DNA of 64,000 nucleotides, taken from Sedimentisphaeraceae bacterium JB056 (lineage in GTDB: Bacteria > Planctomycetota > Phycisphaerae > Sedimentisphaerales > Sedimentisphaeraceae). The notes below the pieces were generated by a model. It saw only the letters and a program-made list of their open reading frames with translations, was not told the origin of the DNA and ran no database searches. The stretch covers positions 14,576 to 78,575 of the forward strand of contig JBITAJ010000024.1 in assembly GCA_044440125.1 (NCBI GenBank), in the 5' to 3' direction. Below, one piece after another: positions 1-10,820 of the stretch (position 1 is its first letter; each line of letters starts with the position of its first letter). The translations under genes and the position numbers were made by a program.

Positions 1-230
1 AAAACCACACAGCATCTTGATATAGCTTTTGACAAAAGTTACAAAATAGAAACGGTCATTTGTCTATTTATTGAAAAGAAGTTCTAAAAACCTACAAGTA
101 TTATCATAGCTTAGCGTAAAATATTTCAACACATATTTCACTTCTAAAATAATCGACTTACCCATCAAGTAGACGAGTCGCTCATCGCATATAATCCGTC
201 TATATTGGGGAGAGATAGAATTCTATCACA

Positions 231-2030
231 TTACTTTGCCGACCACCTCTCTTTAAGCAGAAAAGCTGCGGACTTAGGTTTTCTTTGACGAGTAAATATA
301 CCTTTTTTATTTCCAACGACCCTCGTGATACCCTGTTCAGTTGCAAAATCAGCAAAATTCCATACGTGCTCTCCGATTACAAAATCAAATTTATCAAATG
401 CACGATGGCAAGCTTTCAAAAACTCTATCTGATATTCTTCTGTAAACAAGACAGGCGGGTCTTCATGGAAGCCAGCTAAAGCATCAACGCCATATTCAGT
501 AATCAAAATAGGCTTCTCGAATCTCTTATGCCACAAAGTAAGGTCTTTTTCAAATTGGAATTCAACAAGATCCAGACTACCCGAATCGGTGTACCATGAG
601 AAATATCTGTTAAGACAAATAACATCGACGTATTCAGCAAAGCCTGCTTCGTATAAGTTTGGGGTTAATCCATTCTTCTCCGGCACAGAACAGAAAACCA
701 AAGTCAAAGGTCGAGAAGAATCCAAGTATCTGGTCTTATCCGCTATTTTCTTAAAGTACTTGACAGAACCTTTATCCCATGTTGACGGCTCATTTGCAAT
801 GCTCCACATAACAATACTCGGATGATTCTTATCTCTGTCAATCATTTCCTGCATAACATCAATATGATGCTTCATACACTCGCCATTAAACCGTTCCTCC
901 GTAAATATTTCCTCACCAAAATCATTCCTCATGCCAACTGCCGGCGATTCCCCTATAATAACAATCCCCCTCTCGTCGGCCATATTCAATATCTCTTCGC
1001 TATATGGATAATGAGACGTTCTAAACGAATTGGCTCCAATCCATTCAAGTAGATTGAAATCTTTAACATTTACCACATTATCAAGTCCTCGTCCGCGCAG
1101 TTCAGAATCTTCATGCTTACCAAAACCCTTAAAATAAAAAGGCTCGCCATTGATAAGAAATTTATCCCCTTCGACTTCTACAGTTCTAATGCCAACTCTC
1201 AGATTATAAACATCTATAACATTTTTATCATTATCATAGAGATAGGTTTTAAGAGTGTATAAGTAGGCATTTCCGGGTTGCCACAAATTAGGAGAGTCTA
1301 TATTCATAATCCCTTCCGTCCCCCGGTGCTCTGCGACAACAGTCCCTTCCTCGTCTACTAATTCAATATGAATATTCTTCTCTTCAATATCGGTATTTGT
1401 CAATACCTTAAAAGAAATCCGTCCAACATTATCTATGACATCAGTTGTTACGCCAATATCTTTAACAAAAACTCCATTAGTGGTGTAGACTTTAACAGGA
1501 CGATGTATACCGGCATAATTAAAGAAATCAAAAAACACTTCCTGCTTAACGTAATTGTCAGGATGGTAGTCATCATCAAACCTCTTCATTCTGCCTCTTG
1601 GCAAACAGCCTTCGTCAAGTTCATTATTAACCAAGACTGTTATTCTGTTCTCACTGCCATAGTCGGCTATATCTGTTATCTCACCTTCAAACGGTAGAAA
1701 CCCACCTTTATGTTCGGCAATCAAATTACCGTTTAGCCAAACTTTCGAATGATGAGTTACACTTCCTAATCTGATAACAACTCTACGTCCCTTCCATCTC
1801 TCCGGAATATAAAAGGAATATTCATACCAAACATTCCCTACATAATCACGAATACTGACATCTTGAGTTAAATCATTATAGCTTGAAGGCACGGGCATAT
1901 CGATGGTATCTTTCATAGAAGATTCATACCACCTCTCCGACAATCCGACATTTTGTCGATCAAGCTTAAAACGCCAGATACCGGCTAAATCTTTAACTTC
2001 ACGTCTCTCGTTTTCTTGTGGATACAACAT
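231..2030 (-). CDS. uidA: beta-glucuronidase (GH2)
   Basis: GH2 motifs DFFNYAGIHRPV, FRTSHYP, WSIANEP (acid/base Glu), TEYG (nucleophile) and the glucuronidase-type NKKG motif (VVGNKKGIFTRQR); no signal peptide. Confidence 0.92.
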   Translation of the reverse strand: MLYPQENERREVKDLAGIWRFKLDRQNVGLSERWYESSMKDTIDMPVPSSYNDLTQDVSIRDYVGNVWYEYSFYIPERWKGRRVVIRLGSVTHHSKVWLNGNLIAEHKGGFLPFEGEITDIADYGSENRITVLVNNELDEGCLPRGRMKRFDDDYHPDNYVKQEVFFDFFNYAGIHRPVKVYTTNGVFVKDIGVTTDVIDNVGRISFKVLTNTDIEEKNIHIELVDEEGTVVAEHRGTEGIMNIDSPNLWQPGNAYLYTLKTYLYDNDKNVIDVYNLRVGIRTVEVEGDKFLINGEPFYFKGFGKHEDSELRGRGLDNVVNVKDFNLLEWIGANSFRTSHYPYSEEILNMADERGIVIIGESPAVGMRNDFGEEIFTEERFNGECMKHHIDVMQEMIDRDKNHPSIVMWSIANEPSTWDKGSVKYFKKIADKTRYLDSSRPLTLVFCSVPEKNGLTPNLYEAGFAEYVDVICLNRYFSWYTDSGSLDLVEFQFEKDLTLWHKRFEKPILITEYGVDALAGFHEDPPVLFTEEYQIEFLKACHRAFDKFDFVIGEHVWNFADFATEQGITRVVGNKKGIFTRQRKPKSAAFLLKERWSAK

Positions 2031-2047
2031 AACAATATTTCTTCCTG

Positions 2048-3988
2048 CTACTTAGACTCTACCTTGTCTTCTCTTTCTATCCATCCATCGTCAGAACTAT
2101 CAAAAATTTGGGTTTTAAGCCTACTGTATAACTTACGCGTGTCAATTATGCCACCAATAAGAAGCCAAACAGTAAAAATAAATGCAAGACAGCCAAATAT
2201 GATAGTAAACCAATACCAATATTTAAGCCAAAAATCATTATCCGTACCTTTGACAAAATGGTAGAATGTAAATATGACTAAGATTATAAAATTGAGAAAA
2301 CCAAACCCGATCGCATAAAAATAAATACACCTATCTACTAAAGTAAACTCTTTTGTTATGCCGATTCTTCGGTTAAATTTTGACAGTTTACCTTTATGTA
2401 TTACAGTATCTTCTTGTGTCTTAAATTGACCACTGTTTAGAATCTTATCCAAATTGGCATCCTGAGAACTCAACAAAGAAACAGCTATATACGTCAATAT
2501 TGAAACAAGCATTGTATAGAAAGCGATTTCCATCCCGTTAAGAAAGAAGTCTTCATTAATATAACTTAAAATTATGCCGGTAATAGACAAAACAAAGCCT
2601 ACAATTAAAGATGCAAACGCTGCCGAAGTAGTTCCACGTTTCCAATATAATCCGCCAATAATTACCGAACCGGCACCGGATAGATAAACAGCTCCTGTTA
2701 GTTTCTGCCATATAAGTATCTTCTCATACTGATCAAAGACAAGGCTGAAAAAATATATAAATACTGCAATAGCTATCACCGACAATCTCAGGAGCAACAT
2801 ATGAGATTTAGTGGCAAACGGCTTCTTACGAAACGGCATGACAACATCCTGTATAAATATACTGCTCCACGAGTGCAAATACGTATTATGGGTACTAATA
2901 AATGCAGCAAGAAAGACCGCCACAAAAGCACCGGATAAACATTTAGGCAGAAAGAAACGCATAGCAACAGGCACTGTCATTTGGTCTCTAATCTCTTCAT
3001 TGGGAATCGTCATTAATACTGAACTAATTTGATTGGACATACCCGAAAAATTAGGATGGTGCATAATGGTGTAAGCACCGATTGGAACAACAACACTTAA
3101 TAAGGTAAGGGCATAACCTCTAATTCCACCTAAAATACCTCCCATCCTTGCTTCATGTGGATTCAGAGCGGCAGCATTATAACCTTGTGAGCCTTGCCAT
3201 GCCCTGGTTGAATAAACAAAAATTGCACCGTTCATTATGAAATACCACATGTTAAAATCACGTATCTTACTTCCTTCAAAAGGATTAATCAGCGATCTTC
3301 CGGGCTGGCTATTAGACAGAGCAAACCCAATATTATCCCAATCAAGCTTAACGAAGATATAGACAATAACTATAATAAAAACTATATTAACAAATCCCCC
3401 TTGAATAAAATCCGTAACCATTACAGTTATCTGCCCTCCGGCAAATGTGAAATAAACTGCAACAAGAAGCAAAAGAAACATTATGGTAGCATATGTTGAG
3501 AAAGTTATGCCTAAGAATTGAAAGCTTTCCGGGAAACCGCAAAAATATATAAAGAACCTACTTCCGACAGAGGGGAAAATTCCAAAATTAAGAAGTCCTG
3601 AGATGAAGATTATAAATCCGGCAAATATTCTGAATTTACGATTATATCTTTTTTCAAAAAACTCTGCCAAAGTCATACATCTGGTCTGTCTGAATCTATA
3701 AATCACAAAACCAGAAACCAGAATCAGCATTGCTATTGGAGAGTTTATGAATTGCCACCATAATGCAGTATAGCCGGCTTGGTATGACATCTGAAAAAGA
3801 GCTATCAAAGAGATAGCACCCAGATTAGACATTCCTTCAGAAATACTGAGAATATATCTTCCCGCACAACGGTTTGCAACAAGATAATCAGCAATGCTTC
3901 GATTATATTTTTGTGTGTATACCGTTACTATAATGATAAATAATACTAAGCAACCAATAATGCTCCAGTCAAGCCAGTGTAAATCCAT
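2048..3988 (-). CDS. sodium:solute symporter family transporter
   Basis: Many hydrophobic helices; SSS-like motifs DYLVANR, TLAEFFEKRY, TDFIQG, GGLYWKRGT. Confidence 0.88.
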   Translation of the reverse strand: MDLHWLDWSIIGCLVLFIIIVTVYTQKYNRSIADYLVANRCAGRYILSISEGMSNLGAISLIALFQMSYQAGYTALWWQFINSPIAMLILVSGFVIYRFRQTRCMTLAEFFEKRYNRKFRIFAGFIIFISGLLNFGIFPSVGSRFFIYFCGFPESFQFLGITFSTYATIMFLLLLVAVYFTFAGGQITVMVTDFIQGGFVNIVFIIVIVYIFVKLDWDNIGFALSNSQPGRSLINPFEGSKIRDFNMWYFIMNGAIFVYSTRAWQGSQGYNAAALNPHEARMGGILGGIRGYALTLLSVVVPIGAYTIMHHPNFSGMSNQISSVLMTIPNEEIRDQMTVPVAMRFFLPKCLSGAFVAVFLAAFISTHNTYLHSWSSIFIQDVVMPFRKKPFATKSHMLLLRLSVIAIAVFIYFFSLVFDQYEKILIWQKLTGAVYLSGAGSVIIGGLYWKRGTTSAAFASLIVGFVLSITGIILSYINEDFFLNGMEIAFYTMLVSILTYIAVSLLSSQDANLDKILNSGQFKTQEDTVIHKGKLSKFNRRIGITKEFTLVDRCIYFYAIGFGFLNFIILVIFTFYHFVKGTDNDFWLKYWYWFTIIFGCLAFIFTVWLLIGGIIDTRKLYSRLKTQIFDSSDDGWIEREDKVESK

Positions 3989-3997
3989 ATTAACAGC

Positions 3998-5215
3998 CTA
4001 TAAATTCTTTTCTATAAAATCAAATGCTTTCTTCGTAGCGGAAATATGCCCGTAACGATGTCCAATAAAAGCGACCTTTTCCGACAGATGCAATCTATCA
4101 TAATATTTAGCTACGTCACCGAACTCTTCTAAAGCCAAATCATAATCCACAGAAGTATCTTTTTCACCCGCCTCAACAGCGAAAGCTCTCGGGATAATTA
4201 ATGATGCAATATCCGAATCAAAAAACCATTTCAAAACATTAGGATAAAATTGAGTCTCTTCAAGTGAGTCAAGATAAGTTACTCCTTTATAAGGGCCTAT
4301 CAATTTCTTTATCCGATTATTGAAATATGCACTGCATACGGAAGCCTTTATTCTTCTGTCAAGAGCGGGAAGATACAATGCGCTTTGACCTCCTTGCGAC
4401 AAACCGTACATCCCGATCTTATCTTTTTCTACATCGTCATTTTGTAATAGAATGTCTATACCTCTCGAAGAGGCCAACATATCAAGCCCAAAGAGAGTGC
4501 TATTCTGCAGCAACGCCAAACGATGTAATCGATTTTTACCATAGGCATACCTGTCTTCAAAACCAGGGATACTTGCAATCGTCTCTTCCGAAAACCCAAA
4601 TCCGGAAGGATGATGCACCGCAATAACATGATAATTTCTTTTAACAGCCCTGATGCCAAGTGAGCGATAACTATAATCTTCCATATTCGCTTGTTGACAG
4701 AATCCGCACACAAGCTCCGGGCTACCTCCATAGCCATGCTGAACCAGAAGCCCCGGATGTGTCCCTTCGGTCTCTGGCACAAGCTCTATTGCATAGGTAT
4801 GTACGCCCTCAGTAATTTCAAACAATAACCGATATACATCAAATCCTTGTTCTGCTCTGATTAGCTTCTTCTCTATGATATTTACTTCTTCTCTCCGATC
4901 CGGTTCAATCCAAAAGCCCAGCATTTTTTTCAGCATATCTCGCTTCGATTCCACTGACACCAGGTAGTTCTCTACAGAACTAAAATCCCTCTTCCACTCA
5001 TGTTTTCTTAGCGAATTATGCTTGCTGAGATTATTTCTCAGAAACGATTCATATGACAAATACGTGCTTTTGCGATAAGAATCTACTTCTGCTGCATCAA
5101 TAGGTTCGACATTCGGCGGACCGACCTGTTCCTCAATCAGGCAATCACTATGCAGATATTGTTCGAGTTGAAAGCTTCTATGCGAATCATTCATGCTGTA
5201 TATCCCTCTCGGCAT
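3998..5215 (-). CDS. alpha/beta-fold serine hydrolase (dienelactone hydrolase/esterase-like)
   Basis: HGYGG oxyanion region, GLSQGG nucleophile elbow, GEKD Asp and C-terminal GH His. Confidence 0.75.
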   Translation of the reverse strand: MPRGIYSMNDSHRSFQLEQYLHSDCLIEEQVGPPNVEPIDAAEVDSYRKSTYLSYESFLRNNLSKHNSLRKHEWKRDFSSVENYLVSVESKRDMLKKMLGFWIEPDRREEVNIIEKKLIRAEQGFDVYRLLFEITEGVHTYAIELVPETEGTHPGLLVQHGYGGSPELVCGFCQQANMEDYSYRSLGIRAVKRNYHVIAVHHPSGFGFSEETIASIPGFEDRYAYGKNRLHRLALLQNSTLFGLDMLASSRGIDILLQNDDVEKDKIGMYGLSQGGQSALYLPALDRRIKASVCSAYFNNRIKKLIGPYKGVTYLDSLEETQFYPNVLKWFFDSDIASLIIPRAFAVEAGEKDTSVDYDLALEEFGDVAKYYDRLHLSEKVAFIGHRYGHISATKKAFDFIEKNL

Positions 5216-6309
5216 AAGGGTAAGAGAATATCATAATAGCTCTTTAGTTTATCTGTGCCAATAGGAGGTATGCCGCTCTCTGTTCTTGGAAAGAACCTCC
5301 CTCCCTTACGACCAATGGCCATAACATTTTTCAGATGCTCTTCAATCTCCTTGTCTGTCATTCCGTTAATGAGAGTGCTCACTCCACCGTTTATTGTGAT
5401 TTTATCACCCCAATTTTCCTTGAATTCCGCAAGGTCATTATTATCACTTGGTCCAATCGGATTTACCATATCTACTCCTGCTTCAACTATCAAATCCATA
5501 ATTGGAGAGATATAACCATGACTATGCAAGTGTAAGAAGGCACCGTATTGATGGCAAAGATCCGCTAATTCTCTAAGCCATGGGGAAAAATATTCCCTAA
5601 ACATTGCAGGAGAGAAGAGCAGCGAAGAGCCCGAGCCAAAATCAGACGGAGTAAATATTGCGTCAGCTCCTGCCTCAAGTAATCTTACTGCCGAATCAAG
5701 CGAAAACTTCTTCAACTTATTTATCATACAATGGGCTGCTTCGGGCTCAATTGCCATCCAAAGTAAAGCGTTTTCAAAACTGGTTAGGAAGTAATACATC
5801 CCATACCAGGCTCCAATGACACTTGCCTCAACAAAGTAACCCGCCTCTTTAAATGCTTTCAAATCTTGAATATCTTTGTCAGTAAACCTGTCAGGATCAT
5901 TTGCATCAGGCATCTCAAACTCAAATATATCCTTAGGTGTATTTATCGGGTAAGACTCTGCCTCTCTGCAAAATGTAGGAGAATATTCTTCTCTCCAGAC
6001 CGCTCCTGTTTCAAAGCGATACCTGTAAACATCTTCTGTTTTTTCAAGTACTTCTCTCTTCAGACCAATACCCAAATGAATTGCACTGCTATGAAAAAAA
6101 TCAGTTATATTAATTACATCGGTAACAAAATCGCCGGTCGATTTCGGCAGCAACGAATTAAACACTGTAATATCCATAGCGGACTCATTATAAATCGGAA
6201 TTTCATCCAATATCTCTCCACGAAGAACTCCAATTACCTGTTCTCTCTTTGGCAGCATAATAATATCGTTAGGCATCTTTCTTGGTATTAGTTCAGTTTG
6301 ATTTGACAT
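5191..6309 (-). CDS. uroporphyrinogen decarboxylase (URO-D)/MtaA-CmuA-like family protein
   Basis: DFGSGSSLLFSPAMFREY, HLHSHG, GVDMVNP, WGDKITINGGV are typical URO-D-fold motifs; overlaps both neighbouring genes. Confidence 0.8.
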   Translation of the reverse strand: MSNQTELIPRKMPNDIIMLPKREQVIGVLRGEILDEIPIYNESAMDITVFNSLLPKSTGDFVTDVINITDFFHSSAIHLGIGLKREVLEKTEDVYRYRFETGAVWREEYSPTFCREAESYPINTPKDIFEFEMPDANDPDRFTDKDIQDLKAFKEAGYFVEASVIGAWYGMYYFLTSFENALLWMAIEPEAAHCMINKLKKFSLDSAVRLLEAGADAIFTPSDFGSGSSLLFSPAMFREYFSPWLRELADLCHQYGAFLHLHSHGYISPIMDLIVEAGVDMVNPIGPSDNNDLAEFKENWGDKITINGGVSTLINGMTDKEIEEHLKNVMAIGRKGGRFFPRTESGIPPIGTDKLKSYYDILLPLCREGYTA

Positions 6310-8641
6310 AAAAAAGTCCTATTTGCTGAGGTTTTATAATTTGGTTTTCAAATTCGTAAATACTTACAATCTTATCACGACAAACATCTCTAATTAATGA
6401 AATGTCATTAAACGGTAGATTTGGTTTTACGTATTCTTCTGTGCCTGAAACATAATTCCCTACCAGAAACAGTCCTTCTTTATCTGTCTTAAATGCAGAA
6501 CTACTGATGAGCTCATTGTCTACTTTCCACTCCAAATCCGGATTACCCGTCTCGAGAATATGCTGGTAAGGCTCAAGGTTCTTCAGCGATTTAGCCACGT
6601 AATAATATTCTTTTGCATTATCAAAATCCACAAAACAGAAAAAGGCAACACCATTACCATTCAAAATCAACTCGTAAATCATTAGTTCAATCTTAAATGA
6701 AGGATATTCTCCATATGTACCTGTTGTAATCCACGGAAAGGCTCGCCACTTTTCTTTCAACAAACGGTATTCATCTTGTGCTACGCAGTGAATCGTATCC
6801 AGTTGACCACCAATATAAAGAGGCTTTTGAGACAAATTGATATAATCAGGATATATCTTGTCAAAAGAAAATACATCTTGATAAACACCACCGCTCTCAC
6901 ATACGTGATACAGTCCTACCTTATACTCTCCAGTCGCCCTACTTACATCTCTTGCCATACGGGTACCGCAATTAACAAGGTAATCCTCAATAGATACATT
7001 CTGTTTATTTGCAAGCGATGTACATCTACTACAATCTTTAACCTTTGCCTTGATGCCGGAAAACAATTCTATATCAAAGAAAATATAATCCGGATCAACC
7101 GAGCTGACACACTTTCTAATTCTTTTCAGAACATCTAAATAGTATTTTCCTCTATAACTCGGACATAATCTTGTCTCAACTCCCTGACAACTAACCTTAT
7201 CTGCATCCTCAGGTTGCAAATTCATAGTATGAAAAGCCGAGTCGACCATTGCTATATTAAGCCCATTCTCTCTCACTCTTTTGTAAAATTTTAGGATGTC
7301 TTCCTGAATATCATATTGCTCTTTATCAACATAGTACATTGGGAATGCGGGAAACATATTAAAACCGATTCTTGGGTAATTGGTCAGGAAATCAGGCCAG
7401 TCTGAAGAATATAATTCCCACATCCATGCAAGAACTACGGGTGATGCATGGAAATCAACCTCACTTGGCAAATTAAATATATCAGCTGTAAATCCAGCAG
7501 GCGTAAATGCCCTTTTTTTATTTTCATTAGAATTAGTAGCCTCTTCAACCTCTTCTGTATAGAAAAAACATTTATTATTTGATGTCAACTCACCGTTTAT
7601 CTTAAAATACAGAGGACCAAAAGTATAAGAATGAGTTTGTTGCCCCATTTTCTTAACTATTCTTCCGGGCCAGAAGTCTTTATCGATCCAAGGTTTATTA
7701 TTAGCTTGTTCATTAACCTTAATTGTTATCTTTCTATATTTCTCACCATCTCTGGTAAAATTTCGTTCTGAGATGTGGTGAAATGAAATTAGTTTATTTC
7801 TGACTAATTGGATTTCATCTGGCAATTCCATTATAAAACTAAGATCCCGCCATGATCCTCCAGGTCTATAGTCTACATAGTGTAGAACAGTAGGCAACAC
7901 GGCATTCTCACACACAGAAAACCCATGCTGTTTCAACGGTCCAAAATAAACACTGTCACGTTCTGCTAATAAACCATCCAAACCAAAGTGTGTCCTGTTT
8001 TGAGGATTATAAACTTCTTCTTTTGGTTTACAATTCTCTTCGCTTCCCCATATTTGCCATTCATCAGCATAAAGATAAAAGAAATCAGATAATATGTTGA
8101 CCCCAACATAACGGGCAGAGATATTATCTAATTCAAACTCAAAATTGTAAGGAATCGCTTTACCTATTTCATCGGCATAAAAATATTCTTTCTTATCAGA
8201 ATTCTCACCTTGTCCATAAGTCGTAATCTTATAGAACGCTTTAACACGATAGAAATCTTGACCGTTTTTACTAACCAATAGAGTAACTCTCTTCGGCAAT
8301 CGTAGATGTCTTGCGAAAGACGAATTACCGAAGACCCTTATATTAGATTTCTTCAACTGCTTGATTTCCCCCAAGTCAATTACCATATTAACACCAACTT
8401 GGTCAGAAATCGTATACGCATTCCATTGCCAATAGACGGCATCATCGGACAAATTAATCCCACCGGGATTTTGCACAAGAATTCCGTCAGTAAGCTTATA
8501 TGCAGTATCCACGCCCGTAGAACTTTCCGGCTCAACAGAAAAGATAACTTTCTTGCCTGCAGCTAAGTTTGTAGAAGAATCAAGGTTAGCAAAAGTAACG
8601 GCATAGGATACACAGCAGAGAACTAAGATAACGTATCTCAT
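6293..8641 (-). CDS. secreted hypothetical protein: N-terminal discoidin/F5-8-like domain plus putative catalytic domain; paralog of 12135-14642
   Basis: Signal peptide, NLAAGK...LTDG...IDLG discoidin pattern, long motif blocks shared with 12135-14642. Confidence 0.7.
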   Translation of the reverse strand: MRYVILVLCCVSYAVTFANLDSSTNLAAGKKVIFSVEPESSTGVDTAYKLTDGILVQNPGGINLSDDAVYWQWNAYTISDQVGVNMVIDLGEIKQLKKSNIRVFGNSSFARHLRLPKRVTLLVSKNGQDFYRVKAFYKITTYGQGENSDKKEYFYADEIGKAIPYNFEFELDNISARYVGVNILSDFFYLYADEWQIWGSEENCKPKEEVYNPQNRTHFGLDGLLAERDSVYFGPLKQHGFSVCENAVLPTVLHYVDYRPGGSWRDLSFIMELPDEIQLVRNKLISFHHISERNFTRDGEKYRKITIKVNEQANNKPWIDKDFWPGRIVKKMGQQTHSYTFGPLYFKINGELTSNNKCFFYTEEVEEATNSNENKKRAFTPAGFTADIFNLPSEVDFHASPVVLAWMWELYSSDWPDFLTNYPRIGFNMFPAFPMYYVDKEQYDIQEDILKFYKRVRENGLNIAMVDSAFHTMNLQPEDADKVSCQGVETRLCPSYRGKYYLDVLKRIRKCVSSVDPDYIFFDIELFSGIKAKVKDCSRCTSLANKQNVSIEDYLVNCGTRMARDVSRATGEYKVGLYHVCESGGVYQDVFSFDKIYPDYINLSQKPLYIGGQLDTIHCVAQDEYRLLKEKWRAFPWITTGTYGEYPSFKIELMIYELILNGNGVAFFCFVDFDNAKEYYYVAKSLKNLEPYQHILETGNPDLEWKVDNELISSSAFKTDKEGLFLVGNYVSGTEEYVKPNLPFNDISLIRDVCRDKIVSIYEFENQIIKPQQIGLFYVKSN

Positions 8642-8689
8642 TAAAACTAATCCCTTCAGGAGTTAAAAGCTAATATAAAACTAAACCTA

Positions 8690-9478
8690 TCAGTTTTCGT
8701 CTTCTTTTAAATTGTAGCAACAACTTTGAGCATCATTTTCTCCGGAGAACGCTATCATTCTCTCGGGGATATGCCCCTTCCATGTTTGAACATGACCATC
8801 AAGAAGGCATATATTAACTCCTGCTGCCGATGTCCATATTTCTTCGCCATTGGGAGTTGGATGTCTAAAGGCAAAAGAACTATAGGGCATTAAGGCTAGA
8901 TTAGATTCGAAATAAGGTGCCCATCTATTGCCTGAATTTGCATAATTATAGTGCCTAACATAATAATAAGTGTAAAGTGTATCGGCAGTGGTATACGTAA
9001 TAGCATCGCCAAAGGCTATCACGTTAGCCATATTATTTACATCAGACATCTTCACTTTCTTTACTTTCAGCCATTCAGCACCTAAATAATCATTGTAACA
9101 ATAATTATGCAATGCCTGATTCTCGGCGGGCAGATGTCTATTTGAAGGGTCGGAAGGACAAAGCAAGACACTTGCTTTCCCTCTTTCGATTTCGCCGAAA
9201 TAAGGGGATATCAAGTTGTACCAATGCGTCCACTGATAGCTCATTCCTTCCTTTGCGGAATCAACAAAGGCTGCAATAGGAAGGTAGCCTTCATTATCCG
9301 CTACGTATAGATAGATTGAAGAACCAAGCTGCTTTAGATTAGATTTACAAATAACACTCTTAGCAGACTCTCTCGCTTTAGCAAGAGATGGTATTAAAAT
9401 TGACATCAGTAAAGCAATTATAGATATCACTACCAATAATTCTACAAGAGTGAAGCCTCTTTTTCGATTGTACACCAT
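8690..9478 (-). CDS. prepilin-type N-terminal cleavage/methylation protein (DUF1559-like, H-X-DG C-terminus)
   Basis: GFTLVELLVVISIIALLMSILIPSLAKARE, CKSNLKQ, LLCPSD, RH...NICLLDGHV. Confidence 0.9.
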   Translation of the reverse strand: MVYNRKRGFTLVELLVVISIIALLMSILIPSLAKARESAKSVICKSNLKQLGSSIYLYVADNEGYLPIAAFVDSAKEGMSYQWTHWYNLISPYFGEIERGKASVLLCPSDPSNRHLPAENQALHNYCYNDYLGAEWLKVKKVKMSDVNNMANVIAFGDAITYTTADTLYTYYYVRHYNYANSGNRWAPYFESNLALMPYSSFAFRHPTPNGEEIWTSAAGVNICLLDGHVQTWKGHIPERMIAFSGENDAQSCCYNLKEDEN

Positions 9479-9630
9479 AACAAATACCTATTTTTATTAA
9501 TAACTCCGATACCAAACCCGGACCAAAACGCAACTATCGCCAGCCCGGCACCAATAAAAATTCATTACAGGCAAAGAATATTATCAGAACACAAGCTACC
9601 GTAAACTCAAAATATGTTGTTTATCTGATA

Positions 9631-9646
9631 GTCTGAAATTTCAGAC
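9631..9646. promoter_or_regulatory. perfect 16-bp palindrome, candidate operator
   Basis: GTCTGAAATTTCAGAC lies between the terminator at 9668 and the start of the 9478-231 operon. Confidence 0.4.
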
Positions 9647-9667
9647 ACAATCTTATGCTAAATTATA

Positions 9668-9699
9668 ATTTTGCAGAGGGCGGTAACCCTCTGCAAAAT
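9668..9699 (-). terminator. intrinsic terminator hairpin
   Basis: ATTTTGCAGAGGG-CGGTAA-CCCTCTGCAAAAT, perfect 13-bp stem downstream of 9790-10797. Confidence 0.7.
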
Positions 9700-9789
9700 C
9701 AGGGTCAAGATTATAGTTCATCCCGTCAAAGATGATTTTTCCATCTTCAGTGTAAACCAACCATATCTTGCAATAAACAACCTTTTCAA

Positions 9790-10797
9790 TTATTGACAAT
9801 CAGGATCATCCGGATGAACGCAACCCAACCAATCCGAAGCAAATACAGAAAAATCCAACAAGTCAACATAACAATCATTATTTAGATCACCAGTCAACCC
9901 TCCACCAGAAGCTATAAGAGCCAAACACGGATCCTCTTCGCTTAACAAATCCAATACATTCCCAACACTCAGATTGTCGTAATAAGCAGCTCCCATTACA
10001 CCCTGGGTATTATTAAGTTGATAAGAAGGATTTCCAAGAATAATCTTATTCCAATTATAGATCTGAACATATGGGTCGTGCCCATCTTCTATATTAGGGT
10101 TTAGATTGAAATCAACACTATCAACAATTCGAATACCTGTTTCAACATCTATAACCCATACTCTACATAAAACGTCAGGATTTGTACCAACATCATCACC
10201 ATCAGCCGTATCTGTCCAAAGATGACTTACCACTTGATACCACTTCTCAGTCTGGATCGAGCTCGAATCTAACCGAATGCGTTTGCTGGAATCATACGGA
10301 GCCCACATCGGAACGCCATAAACCCCTATCTGTCCTTGGTCCTGTATAAGCATTACACCACCACCATACGAGTGAAATTGCATTCCCATACGATTCCCGT
10401 CAGACCAAGTACCCGAGGGCTTAATTAGTACACTTATATAGACTGGATCTCTCTCTATATCGGGACGCCAATGAACATAAGAATCAAAATAATGCCATGC
10501 GTCCAACGTTGCAAACACATTCATAAGCGTACCGCCATCATCATACCCGGCAAAATAAACTGACTGGTCCCCCTCATAGACGTCATCCGTAGTTACTCTA
10601 CCGCAACCAGTATATTCCGGATGATTCGTAGTCCACCCAACAGTGGTTACCGGCTGATAATTAAGATTACCTTCAGCCTGAGACGAATAAGTAAAATCAG
10701 ACAAATAATTGGGGTCCTCAAAACCAACCTGAAAAGAACCAGCCAAACAGGCGTTACCTACCAAGGCACAAATTGACAAAACAAACACTTTTCTCAT
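9790..10797 (-). CDS. secreted protein with C-terminal dockerin-like EF-hand repeat
   Basis: Signal peptide; C-terminal GDLNNDCYVDLLDFSVFASDWLGC. Confidence 0.75.
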   Translation of the reverse strand: MRKVFVLSICALVGNACLAGSFQVGFEDPNYLSDFTYSSQAEGNLNYQPVTTVGWTTNHPEYTGCGRVTTDDVYEGDQSVYFAGYDDGGTLMNVFATLDAWHYFDSYVHWRPDIERDPVYISVLIKPSGTWSDGNRMGMQFHSYGGGVMLIQDQGQIGVYGVPMWAPYDSSKRIRLDSSSIQTEKWYQVVSHLWTDTADGDDVGTNPDVLCRVWVIDVETGIRIVDSVDFNLNPNIEDGHDPYVQIYNWNKIILGNPSYQLNNTQGVMGAAYYDNLSVGNVLDLLSEEDPCLALIASGGGLTGDLNNDCYVDLLDFSVFASDWLGCVHPDDPDCQ

Positions 10798-10820
10798 AGC
10801 ACTTTCCTTTCAAAATAAAA

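Noticed and set aside
9480..9570. Hydrophobic frame IFIGAGLAIVAFWSGFGIG, or a 22-aa leader peptide, upstream of the prepilin gene
   Set aside because: The hydrophobic frame has no start codon and the short ORF has no convincing RBS
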